DNA of 64,000 nucleotides, taken from NCBI GenBank assembly GCA_002269645.1, contig NIVC01002256.1, forward strand, positions 193,828-257,827. The letters are read 5' to 3'. The stretch comes from Macrostomum lignano (Eukaryota). This document shows, piece after piece, positions 17,101 to 29,800 of this stretch. The notes below the pieces were generated by a model. It searched no databases and was not told the origin of the DNA. It was given only the letters and a program-made list of their open reading frames with translations. The first letter of the stretch is position 1. Every line of letters begins with the position of its first letter. The position numbers were made by a program, and so were the translations under genes.

Positions 17101-20100
17101 TCTGACTGACTGACTGACTGACTGACTGACTGACTGACTGACTGACTGACTGACTGACTGACTGACTGACTGACTGACTGACTGACTGACTGACTGACTG
17201 ACTGACTGACTGACTGACTGACTGACTGACTGACTGACTGACTGACTGACTGACTGACTGACTGACTGACTGACTGACTGACTGACTGACTGACTGACTG
17301 ACTGACTGACTGACTGACTGACTGACTGACTGACTGACTGACTGACTGACTGACTGACTGACTGACTGACTGACTGACTGACTGACTGACTGACTGACTG
17401 ACTGACTGACTGACTGACTGACTGACTGACTGACTGACTGACTGACTGACTGACTGACTGACTGACTGACTGACTGACTGACTGACTGACTGACTGACTG
17501 ACTGACTGACTGACTGACTGACTGACTGACTGACTGACTGACTGACTGACTGACTGACTGACTGACTGACTGACTGACTGACTGACTGACTGACTGACTG
17601 ACTGACTGACTGACTGACTGACTGACTGACTGACTGACTGACTGACTGACTGACTGACTGACTGACTGACTGACTGACTGACTGACTGACTGACTGACTG
17701 ACTGACTGACTGACTGACTGACTGACTGACTGACTGACTGACTGACTGACTGACTGACTGACTACTGACTGACTGACTGACTGACTGACTGACTGACTGA
17801 CTGACTGACTGACTGACTGACTGACTGACTGACTGACTGACTGACTGACTGACTGACTGACTGACTGTCTGACTGACTGACTGACTGACTGACTGACTGA
17901 CTGACTGACTGACTGACTGACTGACTGACTGACTGTCTGACTGACTGACTGACTGACTGACTGACTGACTGACTGACTGACTGACTGACTGACTGACTGA
18001 CTGACTGACTGACTGACTGACTGACTGACTGACTGACTGACTGACTGACTGACTGACTGACTGACTGACTGACTGACTGACTGACTGACTGACTGACTCA
18101 CACTATCTGACTGACTGACTGACTGACTGACTGACTGACTGACTGACTGACTGACTGACTGACTGACTGACTGACTGACTGACTGACTGACTGACTGACT
18201 GACTGACTGACTGTCTGACTGACTGACTGACTGACTGACTGACTGACTGACTGACTGACTGACTGACTGACTGACTGACTGACTGACTGACTGACTGACT
18301 GACTGACTGACTGACTGACTGACTGACTGACTGACTGACTGACTGACTGACTGACTGACTGACTGACTGACTCACACTATCTGACTGACTGACTGACTGA
18401 CTGACTGACTGACTGACTGACTGACTGACTGACTGACTGACTGACTGACTGACTGACTGACTCACACTATCTGACTGACTGACTGACTGACTGACTGACT
18501 GACTGACTGACTGACTGACTGACTGACTGACTGACTGACTGACCTTCCCTTTCTAACAGGACCTTCAAAGCGTGCTTTGCTCACCTGTAACGGAAATTAG
18601 CATTCTTTACAGACTCTTTCTCCATCAGTTTTCTTCCTTATCTATTGGGCTTTGGTTTCCTTCCGTCAATTAATTAAGTGAATCACTGAGCTTTGGCGCA
18701 TTCAAGCTTGATTTTAACGAACCCAATACGCGTGACGAAACCCAATACGCATTTCAGCAAAGGCTGTGCAACGCAGCTAAAACTGCTCTGTCGAAAATTC
18801 CCGTGCGAATCCTGCAGCTGGGAGATGATGCAGTGAGTTCTTTCTCTCTCTCTCTCTCTGGATGGGTGGCTTTTTGATGTATTGTGTTTTTGTACAGGTT
18901 TTTAAAGCTTTTGATGTAAATCTATGCTTAGTTATTCTAGATACCTTCCAGATCCCAATGCCCTGCTGTCAGCCTCTTAGATCCCAATGTCCTGCTGTCA
19001 GCCTCTCAGATCCCAATGCCCTGCTGTCAGCCTCTCTGATCCCAATGTCCTGCTGTCAGCCTCTCAGATCCCAATGCCCTGCTGTCAGCCTCTCTGATCC
19101 CAATGACATGCTGTCAGCCTCTCTGATCCCAATGCCCTGCTGTCAGCCTCTCTGATCCCAATGCCCTGCTGTCAGCCTCTCAGATCCCAATGCCCTGCTG
19201 TCAGCCTCTCTGATCCCAATGACATGCTGTCAGCCTCTCAGTTCCCAGTACCCTGCTGTCAGCCTCTCTGATCCCAATGCCCTGCTGTCAGCCTCTCAGA
19301 TTCCAATGCCCTGCTGTCAGCCTCTCAGATCCCAATGCCCTGCTGTCAGCCTCTCAGATCCCAATGCCCTGCTGTCAGCCTCTCTGATCCCAATGCCCTG
19401 CTGTCAGCCTCTCAGATCCCAAAGCCCTGCTGTCAGCCTCTCAGATCCCAATGCCCTGCTGTCAGCCTCTCAGATCCCAATGCCCTGCTGTCAGCCTCTC
19501 TGATCCCAATGCCCTGCTGTCAGCCTCTCTGATCCCAATGCCCTGCTGTCAGCCTCTCTGATCCCAATGCCCTGCTGTCAGCCTCTCTGATCCCAATGCC
19601 CTGCTGTCAGCCTCTCTGATCCCAATGCCCTGCTGTCAGCCTCTCTGATCCCAATGCCCTGCTGTCAGCCTCTCTGATCCCAATGCCCTGCTGTCAGCCT
19701 CTCTGATCCCAATGCCCTGCTGTCAGCCTCTCTGATCCCAATGCCCTGCTGTCAGCCTCTCTGATCCCAATGCCCTGCTGTCAGCCTCTCAGATCCCAAT
19801 GCCCTGCTGTCAGCCTCTCAGATCCCAATGCCCTGCTGTCAGCCTCTCAGATCCCAATGCCCTGCTGTCAGCCTCTCAGATCCCAATGCCCTGCTGTCAG
19901 CCTCTCTGATCCCAATGCCCTGCTGTCAGCCTCTCTGATACCAATGCCCTGCTGTCAGCCTCTCTGATCCCAATACCCTGAGGGAATTCAGCGCCGCTGT
20001 ATACCTTGCGCCCAAAGTCTCTCCCCCCCCCAACCTGAGAATCCCACCATTATTCGGATGCCCTAATTGGAAAAGGTATCGGCACCCCCGCAATTCTTCA

Positions 20101-21929
20101 TCGCAGGAATTGCAGTGGATTGGCGATCACTGCGCTGTGTGCATCGAGCCCTACGGCTGCGGCGACCCTGTCAGAATTTTGCCGTGCAAGTGAGTGCTCA
20201 GAATATTCTAGACAGAGTGCGCTAATCCTCTGCACAAGTAGAGAGTGACCAGTATTAAATAGGAGTGCCCAGAATCCACTATTCAAATAGGAGTGCTTAG
20301 AATTCCCCAGACAATTAGGAGGGCCCAGAATACTATATAAAATAGGAGTGCCCAGAATTCTCCTATAGAAATAGGAGTGCCCAGAATTCCCCTATAGAAA
20401 TAGGAGTGCCCAGAATTCCCCTATAGAAATAGGAGTGCCCAGAATTCCCCTATAGAAATAGGAGTGCCCAGAATTCCCCTATAGAAATAGGAGTGCCCAG
20501 AATTCTCCTATAGAAATAGGAGTGCCCAGAATTCTCCTATAGAAATAGGAGTGCCCAGAATTCTCCTATAGAAATAAGAGTGCCCAGAATTCCCCTATAG
20601 AAATAGGAGTGCCCAGAATTCCCCTATAGAAATAGGAGTGCCCAGAATTCCCCTATAGAAATAGGAGTGCCCTGAATTCCCCTATAGAAATAGAAGTGCC
20701 CAGAATTCTCCTATAGAAATAAGAGTGCCCAGAATCCCACTCCCTGTAGGAAATGAACGGAGTGCCCAGAATTGCACAAATGCATAAAACGAGTGCCAAA
20801 ACGGAGTGGCTGCAGAGCTTACCCCCCCCCCAACACTGACTGCCAGGCACAAGTACCACACGCACTGCATCGACCAATGGCTGCTGGACCAGCGCTCCTG
20901 CCCTCTGTGCAAAACTGACATCCTGAAAGCCTGCGGTCTCTGGGTCAGCGGCGGCTCCCGGATCTCCCTGGATGACGTCACCATCACGCCGGCCGCCTCC
21001 CAGCAGCCTCCGCCCATTGGCATCGCCTCCACCGGCGCCTCTGCCGACGCCACCGCTGCCGCCGCCAATCGCAATAATAAAAATAATAATAGTAATAATA
21101 ATTACCAACGTCACTCGGGAGGCTGCGTGCTGCATCATCATCCGTCTGATAGCGAGAATGTAAGTGGCACTTTTTTGAAAGAACGATTTTTGTAAAAAAT
21201 TCAACTTTTATATATATAGTGTTATGCGTTAAAGAGATGAAACCTAGCTGGTGGTGTTAGATATGGGTGTCACCTGTTAGATATGGGTGTCGCCTGTTAG
21301 ATATGAGTGTCACCTGTTAGATATGGGGTGTCACCTGTTAGATATGGGTGTCACCTGTTAGATATGAGTGTCACCTGTTAGATATGGGGTGTCACCTGTT
21401 AGATATGGGTGTCACCTGTTAGATATGGGTGTCACCTGTTAGATATGAGTGTCACCTGTTAGATATGGGGTGTCACCTGTTAGATATGGGTGTCACCTGT
21501 TAGATATGAGTGTCACCTGTTAGATATGGGGTGTCACCTGTTAGATATGGGTGTCACCTGTTAGATATGGGTGTCACCTGTTAGATATGAGTGTCACCTG
21601 TTAGATATGGGGTGTCACCTGTTAGATATGGGGTGTCACCTGTTAGATATGGTGTCACCTGTTAGATATGGGGGTCACCTGTTAAATATGGGTGTCACCT
21701 GTTAGATATGGGTGTCACCTGCTAGATGTGGGTGTCACCTGTTAGATATGGCTGTCACCTGTTAGATATGGCTGTCACCTGTTAGATATGGGTGCCGCCT
21801 GTTAGCAGAAGTGACCTGACAACGGCTGAAATCACAACACAAACATTAACATTATGCCAGCAGCTGGTAGTGGAGAGCGACCAACCGGAGAACCCGACCG
21901 GTGCCGACCCCCTGCTGAGCGGAGTCTGA
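14125..21929 (+). CDS. RNF150: Goliath/RNF130/RNF150-type PA-TM-RING-H2 E3 ligase; exons 14125-14979, 18758-18832, 20107-20189, 20847-21159, 21861-21929
   Basis: Signal-peptide-like N-terminus; transmembrane segment [30 protein letters not shown] typical of RNF150/Goliath; [17 protein letters not shown]; RING-H2 CAVCIE..VRILPCK|[30 protein letters not shown] junctions are in phase. The last exon is the least certain and has a tandem CAGCAG acceptor. Exact paralog is not resolvable. Confidence 0.88.
15055..15785 (+). repeat. 16-bp minisatellite (CAGAATCTTCATCATT) in RNF150-like intron 1
   Basis: Tandem copies. Confidence 0.95.
15860..16250 (+). repeat. 21-27-bp minisatellite (TTCTTAGAATCGCCCACTCCAATATGT-like) in RNF150-like intron 1
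   Basis: Tandem copies; unit length increases along the array. Confidence 0.9.
16937..18543 (+). repeat. ~1.6-kb (GACT)n microsatellite in RNF150-like intron 1
   Basis: Seen directly. The interruption GACTCACACTATCT recurs three times (~18097, ~18370, ~18460), indicating higher-order duplication. Confidence 0.98.
18950..19980 (+). repeat. 29-bp minisatellite (GATCCCAATGCCCTGCTGTCAGCCTCTCT) in RNF150-like intron 2
   Basis: Highly homogeneous tandem copies. Confidence 0.97.
20255..20740 (+). repeat. 29-bp minisatellite (ATAGGAGTGCCCAGAATTCCCCTATAGAA) in RNF150-like intron 3
   Basis: Tandem copies. Confidence 0.95.
21255..21805 (+). repeat. 20-21-bp minisatellite (GTTAGATATGGGTGTCACCT) in RNF150-like intron 4; left arm of an inverted pair
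   Basis: Tandem copies; reverse complement of the array at 25283-26287. Confidence 0.95.
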
Positions 21930-22371
21930 CCCGATCTTCTCAATTCCTTCATCAGGATTACAAGCTGAACTAAAAGCGCCGTTGGAATTTGAAACGTTTA
22001 GGCAAAAGTCTAAAAAAATTTTTAACCAATCCAATGCGCGAACTGGAAAAACTGTGGCTATCAAGCTTTTTCGAGACAAATTTCTGAAAGTCTGGTTATC
22101 ATTGTTGTTCCAATATCGATTTCTGATTCGCGTTCTTTTTTGAAAAAAGTAATTATTGTCTCTTAGCAACGGAAAAGGAGAGTCGTTGGTCAGACTTGTG
22201 TGTTTTTGTCTGTTTTTTTTTCTCAATAAAAAATTCTTTCTAACAAATCATCGTTGAGTTATTAGCTACTTCTGTGTAAGTAGTAACAGCAGAAAACAAT
22301 GCCTATTTTTGTTCAAAAATGTTTTTGTCATATCAATCAATTTGCGTGTATTAATTAATTAATCAACTTCA

Positions 22372-22372
22372 T

Positions 22373-22408
<36 letters not shown>

Positions 22409-22422
22409 TTGTTGTTGTTGAT
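22372..22422 (+). repeat. (TTG)n microsatellite
   Basis: Seen directly. Confidence 0.9.
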
Positions 22423-22782
22423 GATGTCAGCTTTCCTGCTACATTTCTCTAGTCATTTGTTCCTGCGTTTTCTTCATCAATCAACACCTTCAACTAATTT
22501 GCTTGCAACTGTTTTCTGTTTGTCTATTATATCAATAAATCAAGTACAACTATATCAGCATGCGTTTCTATCATAGCTGGCTTGTGCTTCTGCAACTTTT
22601 ATAGTCAATCTGAGGGTCAATTAGTTCGTATACTGCCTAGCGCACCACCTACCGTATTCATAGAGTTAAATGATAATGTTGTGGGCAGTGCACATTCCGC
22701 AATATTAACTGGTCTGTCTAAAAATTTTGCAACGCTAATTATTAGTAAATTTTGTGATTGTTGACATTTTTTTTGCTTTCAG

Positions 22783-23803
22783 AATGGCCACTAAACTGCC
22801 CTCAGAATGGCCACTAAACTGCCATCAGAATTGCCACTAAACTGCCCTCAGAATGGCCACTAAACTGCCCTCAGAATGGCCACTAAACTGCCCTCAGAAT
22901 GGCCACTAAACTGCCCTCAGAATGGCCACTTAACTGCCATCAGAATTGCCACTAAACTGCCCTCAGAATGGCCACTAAACTGCCCTCAGAATGGCCACTA
23001 AACTGCCCTCAGAATGGCCACTAAACTGCCCTCAGAATGGCCACTAAACTGCCCTCAGAGTGGCCACTAAACTGCCCTCAGAATGGCCACTAAACTGCCC
23101 TCAGAGTGGCCACTAAACTGCCCTCAGAATGGCCACTAAACTGCCCTCAGAATGGCCACTAAACTGCCCTCAGAATGGCCACTAAACTGCCCTCAGAATG
23201 GCCACTAAACTGCCCTCAGAGTGGCCACTAAACTGCCCTCAGAATGGCCACTAAACTGCCCTCAGAATGGCCACTAAACTGCCCTCAGAATGGCCACTAA
23301 ACTGCCCTCAGAATGGCCACTAAACTGCCCTCAGAATGGCCACTAAACTGCCCTCAGAATGGCCACTAAACTGCCCTCAGAATGGCCACTAAACTGCCCT
23401 CAGAATGGCCACTAAACTGCCCTCAGAGTGGCCACTAAACTGCCCTCAGAATGGCCACTAAACTGCCATCAGAATGGCCACTAAACTGCCCTCAGAATGG
23501 CCACTAAACTGCCATCAGAATGGCCACTAAACTGCCCTCAGAATGGCCACTAAACTGCCCTCAGAATGGCCACTAAACTGCCCTCAGAATGGCCACTAAA
23601 CTGCCCTCAGAATGGCCACTAAACTGCCCTCAGAATGGCCACTAAACTGCCCTCAGAATGGCCACTAAACTGCCCTCAGAATGGCGACTAAACTGCCCTC
23701 AGAATGGCCACTAAACTGCCCTCAGAATGGCCACTAAACTGCCCTCAGAATGGCGACTAAACTACCCTCAGAATGGCCACTAAACTGCCCTCAGAATTGC
23801 CAG
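22783..23803 (+). repeat. 23-bp minisatellite (CAGAATGGCCACTAAACTGCCCT) between the convergent genes
   Basis: Highly homogeneous tandem copies. Confidence 0.97.
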
Positions 23804-24249
23804 TATAAACTAGATAAATGCCACTCATTTTTAATTTCACCATTTAAAAAAACAAAAATGTATGGTAGTAACCCTAGTCTGCTCGAACTAACGTCAATTA
23901 GATTTTTAGTAATCGTTTTGCGTTTATTTTGATGCATTGACATTATTATTGTGTTACTTTCAGTAGCAAGCACAGGTTTGTAGAACCAATTTTTATTGAC
24001 TAATACAGACCAATAAACAGCATGCGTCACAGGTTAAACAGTTGCACGGTTCAAGTGAATAGTGCAGCACACTTATACTCATTGTTGTATCAATCGCTTC
24101 TCATCATATTGCTCCTTTTAGAAATTAGTATAAGCAGAAAATATACAAATTGAAATGTCATTGTTTTCTTTTCTTTTATTGTTAAACTAGCGTTGATAAT
24201 TTTGTGTTGACTTCGTTTCTTAATAATATTCTCAGTTGAGAGGCGTTGT

Positions 24250-24715
24250 TGCAGATCGGGATGGATTATTGCATATTGGGATGGATTATTGCATATTGGG
24301 AAGGGTTGTTGCAGATTGGTAAGGGTTGTTGCAGATTGGGAAGGGTTGTTGCAGATTGGGAAGGGTTGTTGCAGATTGGGAAGGGTTGCTGCAGATTGGG
24401 AAGGGTTGTTGCAGATTGGGAAGGGTTGCTGCGGATTGGGAAGGGTTGTTGCAGATTGGGAAGGGTTGTTGCAGATTGGGAAGGGTTGCTGCGGATTGGG
24501 AAGGGTTGTTGCAGATTGGGAAGGGTTGTTGCAGATTGGGAAGGGTTGTTGCAGATTGGGAAGGGTTGTTGCAGATTGGGAAGGGTTGCTGCGGATTGGA
24601 AAGGGTTGTTGCAGATTGGGAAGGGTTGCTGCGGATTGGGAAGGGTTGCTGCGGATTGGGAAGGGTTGTTGCGGATTGGGAAGCGTTGCTGCAGATTGGG
24701 AAGGGTTGTTGCAGA
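24250..24715 (+). repeat. 20-bp G-rich minisatellite (GCAGATTGGGAAGGGTTGTT)
   Basis: Tandem copies. Confidence 0.96.
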
Positions 24716-25282
24716 AATTTATAATCAAATAAAAGTTTGAAAGGCAATGAATAAAATACGTACAAACTGTAGTTTTTTTTAATTAGCACAAAAATATTTT
24801 ATAGCATTGAATGAACCAAGTACATTGAAAAGTACATTGATTCAGAATAATTATTAAGGAGCAGGAAGTTTCAGATGATATTGTTAACCTGCTAATTGCA
24901 GATTTATCTCAAAAATATCTGTAAATAGTGCACTTGAAAAAATGCTACATTAAAAAGTTGATTTGGCAACTGCTGTACTTTTAGGCAATTAATTTGTGTA
25001 CAGATCTGATGGCGCAATTCCCTGAAAAACAAACGAAATATTTTTTATCGATTTTTATTCTGCAAATTTACTGATAAAACAATTAATGATTGTAGACGAG
25101 CCATAATGCTTAACAGATTTAATTTTTAAGTTAGCAAAGTTTAAAATAACAGTATGAGTGTCGATTGAAAGATAAAAAATATGAATTTTGATTGTTTACA
25201 GACAAACTGGTTTCATGCAGTAGGTGACACTTGAGTTTTGTGTGCACTATTTAAATGTACATATAACATACTGTATGACAGC

Positions 25283-26287
25283 ATATCTTACAGGCGGCAC
25301 CCATATCTAACAGGTAACACCCCATATCTAACAGGTAACAGCCATATCTAACAGGTGACACCCATATCTAACAGGCGGCACCCATATCTAACAGGTAACA
25401 CCCCATATCTAACAGGTAACAGCCATATCTAACAGGTGACACCCCATATCTAACAGGTAACAGCCATATCTAACAGGTAACAGCCATATCTAACATGTAA
25501 CACCCCATATCTAACATGTAACACCCCATATCTAACAGAGGTGACACCCCATATCTAACAGGTAACATCCATGTCTAACAGGTAACACCCCATATCTAAC
25601 AGGTAACAGCCATATCTAACAGGTAACAGCCATATCTAACATGTAACACCCCATATCTAACAGGTAACAGCCATATCTAACAGGTGACACCCCATATCTA
25701 ACAGAGGTGACACCCCATATCTAACAGGTAACATCCATATCTAACAGGTAACACCCCATATCTAACAGAGGTGACACCCCATATCTAACAGGTAACAGCC
25801 ATATCTAACATGTAACACCCCATATCTAACAGGTAACAGCCATATCTAACAGGTGACTCACCATATCTAATAGGTAACAGCCATATCTAACATGTAACAC
25901 CCCATATCTAACAGGTAACAGCCATATCTAACAAGTGACTCACCATATCTAATAGGTAACAGCCATATCTAACATGTAACACCCCATATCTAACAGGTAA
26001 CACCCCATATCTAACAGGTAACAGCCATATCTAACAGGTAACATCCATATCTAACAGGTAACACCCCATATCTAACAGGTATCAGCCATATCTAACAGGT
26101 GACACCCCATATCTAACAGGTGACAGCTAGCCATATCTAACAGGGAACATCCATATCTAACAGGTAACACTCATATCTAACAGGTGACACCCATATCTAA
26201 CAGGTGACACCCCATATCTAACAGGTAACACTCATATCTAACAGGTAACACCCCATATCTAACAGGTATCAGCCATATCTATCAGGT
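25283..26287 (-). repeat. 20-21-bp minisatellite (CCCATATCTAACAGGT(A/G)ACA) downstream of the IAP stop; right arm of the inverted pair
   Basis: Tandem copies; same family as 21255-21805 in opposite orientation. Confidence 0.95.
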
Positions 26288-26325
26288 TATGAACATGTGA
26301 CGCCTCAGAGCACCACACCGGAGTC

Positions 26326-26853
26326 TCAGGCCGGGTTGAGCAGGCAGATGGCGAGAATCTCAGCTCCGCAGACGGGACAGTCAGCAGCCTGGGCCTCGCA
26401 GGCCGGGCAGAGGCTGCGGTGGCTGCAGGGCAGCAGGCAGCAGGCCGCCTCCCCGCAGCCGCACAGCCGGCAGCGCAGTCGAGCGGTCCGCGATGGCACC
26501 GAAGCCGCGGCCAGCTGGCGCTTCTTCTGGGCGGCGGCCAGCCAGTCCTGGGCCAGGGCGGCCACCCGGCCGATCCCGCAGTCGTCGGCCCGTTTGCGAA
26601 GCTCCATCGCAGTCTCCAGCTGCAGTTCGCCGCTGGCAAAATCGTCTCCGCAGAAGGCGAGCTGCAGCCTGATGGCCGCCTCGGCGTCCTGCGGATGATC
26701 GGCGACGTCGGCAAGTCGGGCGGCCAGCTGGGCGGCCGGCAGGTCGGCGCGAGCCCGCGGGCTGCGCCTGTCGACGCGGAAGAGCAGCGCCGCTGTCGCC
26801 AGCGTCGAGCCGCAGAGGAGCCGCCGACGTTGCGGCGTTGCGTCAATGAGCTG

Positions 26854-26888
<35 letters not shown>

Positions 26889-29800
26889 AAATGTCGACGG
26901 GGCTGTCATTGTCGGCGCCGACGATTCTCAAGGTCGAAAAGTTGGCCTCGGCGACGGCGCTGACGAACGCCGAGCCGCGTTCGCGCAGCAGGTGCGGGCA
27001 TGTCGGCGACAGGCGGGCGTGCAGCAGCCAGGGGCAGGGCGGCTGTCCGGCGACGTTGGAGGCCACCGACCAGGCCAGGACGGCGCTCGGTGGAAAAGCG
27101 ACGCCGCAAGCGTAGCAACGGCAGGCAGCTGTCGACAACGGCTTGTCGTTGGCGGCGTCGACAACGTGGAAGCCGGACTTGGCGGCCAGCCAATCAGAAG
27201 CCAGGCCGCGGCACCAGGCGCTGGACTGCAGGCTGGCCTGCCGACTGACTGTGCGAGCAGCGACCAGCGGCGGCAGGCAGCTGGCGGCGGCGGATTCGCT
27301 GGGCATCGAAAACTGCGGAGAATTGCGGCAGATTTGTTTAGTGTCAGTGGCAGATTTGTTTAGTGTCGGTGGCAGATTAGTTTAGTGTCGGTGGCAGATT
27401 GGTTTGCCACCGATGGCATATTTGTTTAGTGTCGGTGGCAGATTTGTAAAGTCGCAGGTGGCAGATTTGTTCAGTGTCGGTGGCATATTTGTAAAGTGGC
27501 AGGTGGCAGATTTGTAAAGTGGCAGGTGGCAGATTTGGTTAGTGTCGGTGGCAGATTTGTTTAGTGTCGGTGGCAGATTTGTTTAGTGTCGGTGGCAGAT
27601 TTGTTTAGTGTCGGTGGCAGATTTGTTCAGTGTCGGTGGCATATTTGTAAAGTGGCAGGTGGCAGATTTGTTCAGTGTCGGTGGCAGATTTGTAAAGTGG
27701 CAGGTGGCAGATTTGTTCAGTGTCGGTGGCATATTTGTAAAGTGGCAGGTGGCAGATTTGTTCAGTGTCGATGGCATATTTGTAAAGTGGCAGGTGGCAG
27801 ATTGGTGAACTGTCGGTGGCAGATTGGTGAAGTGTCGGTGGCAGATTGGTGAAGTGTCGGTGGCAGATTGGTGAAGTGTCGGTGGCAGATTGGTGAAGTG
27901 TCGGTGGCAGATTGGTGAAGTGTCGGTGGCAGATTTAAAAAAATACGCTCTCGGGGCCACCGGCCGCTCCCTCACGCTGCACTCCGTGGCCAGACCGCAG
28001 AACCGAGCGCTGTCGTATGCCAGACGCTCCGCAGGTCCGCTGGTCCTCTTGTCCATCGCCAAGTTGACTTCGTTGACGATGCCCGACAGCTCGGTGCACT
28101 GAATTGGCGACTTTTTAGCAGCAGCGGTTGTTGGTATTGGTTCAGTGGTCGGCGTCAGGGTTTCGACAATTGGTTGATTGCCGACATTGAAGCCCAGCAG
28201 CAGGGGGCACTCTGGACGGTCTCGCGAGTGGCATTGAGTCGGCGATTCGCCTGCGCTGCTGAAGAAGTTGACGCTGCCGCAGCAGAAAGCGCATCTGGAG
28301 TGGACAAGATTGGGGCGATTTTTCTGGAATAGATTGGGGCGATTTTTCTTTACTAAATTTGGCGATTTTTCTAGACTAAATTGGGCGATTTTCTTTACTA
28401 AATTTGGCGATTTTTCTAGACTAAATTGGGCGATTTTCTAGACTAAATTGGGCGATTTTTCTAGACTGAATTGGGCGATTTTTTTAGACTGAATTGGGCG
28501 ATTTTTCTAGACTGAATTGGGCGATTTTTTAGACTGAATTGGGCGATTTTTCTAGACTGAATTGGGCGATTTTTTAGACTGAATTGGGCGATTTTTCTAG
28601 ACTAAATTGGAGGATTTTTCTAGCCTGAATTTGGCGATTTTTCTACACTAAATTGGAGGATTTTTCTAGACTGAATTGGGCGATTTTTTTAGACTGAATT
28701 GGGCGATTTTTCTAGACTGAATTGGGCGATTTTTTTAGACTGAATTGGGCGATTTTTCTAGACTAAATTGGAGGATTTTTCTAGACTAAATTGGAGGATT
28801 TTTCTAGACTAAATTGGGCGATTTTTCTAGACTAAATTGGGCGATTTTTCTACACTAAATTGGAGGATTTTTCTAGACTAAATTGGGCGATTTTTCTACA
28901 CTAAATTGGAGGATTTTTCTAGACTAAATTGGGCGATTTTTTTAGACTAAATTGGGCGATTTTTCTAGACTGAATTGGGCGATTTTTTTAGACTGAATTG
29001 GGCGATTTTTCTAGACTGAATTGGGCGATTTTTTTAGACTGAATTGGGCGATTTTTCTAGACTGAATTGGGCGATTTTTTTAGACTGAATTGGGCGATTT
29101 TTCTAGACTAAATTGGAGGATTTTTCTAGACTGAATTTGGCGATTTTTCTACACTAAATTGGAGGATTTTTCTAGACTGAATTGGGCGATTTTTTTAGAC
29201 TGAATTGGGCGATTTTTCTAGACTAAATTGGAGGATTTTTCTAGACTAAATTGGGCGATTTTTCTAGACTAAATTGGGCGATTTTTCTACACTAAATTGG
29301 AGGATTTTTCTAGACTAAATTGAGCGATTTTTCTACCCTAAATTGGAGGATTTTTCTAGACTAAATTGGGCGATTTTTCTACCCTAAATTGGAGGATTTT
29401 TCTAGACTAAATTGGGCGATTTTTCTAGACTAAATTGGGCGATTTTTCTAGACTGAATTAAGCGATTTTTCTACACTAAATTGGAGGATTTTTCTAGACT
29501 AAATTGAGCGATTTTTCAACACTAAATTGGAGGATTTTTCTAGACTAAATTGGAGGATTTTTCTAGACTGAATTTGGTCCCAAATATATTCACGAGGTTA
29601 ATTATTCAGTAGAGATTCGTGGGAACTCTACACCCTGTTTGAGCATGTGCCCTCTGGGGGTCAACAGAATGGACATAATCTGTTCAGTTAGAATTCTGCA
29701 ATAAGCGAAGCCGCGCCCACCTCAGCGGGTGCCGCACCCGGCCAGTGAAGTACAGACCCTCGGCCGCGGCGGCTTTCACGTCTTCCGGCTGACGAGGCAC

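Noticed and set aside
16815-18465. 428-aa and 120-aa (SQSV)n ORFs
   Set aside because: Stop-free reading of the reverse strand of (GACT)n; no coding context.
16300-18700. Nested minus-strand gene in RNF150-like intron 1
   Set aside because: Candidate donor and acceptor exist, but the flanking frames close quickly and show no recognisable protein.
22783-23803. Regular short repeats as a possible CRISPR array (also other arrays)
   Set aside because: Units are head-to-tail with no unique spacers, there are no cas genes, and the context is eukaryotic.
26259-27385. Multiple overlapping long ORFs on both strands around IAP exon 3
   Set aside because: Expected shadow ORFs from very high GC content; only one frame carries BIR and RING motifs.
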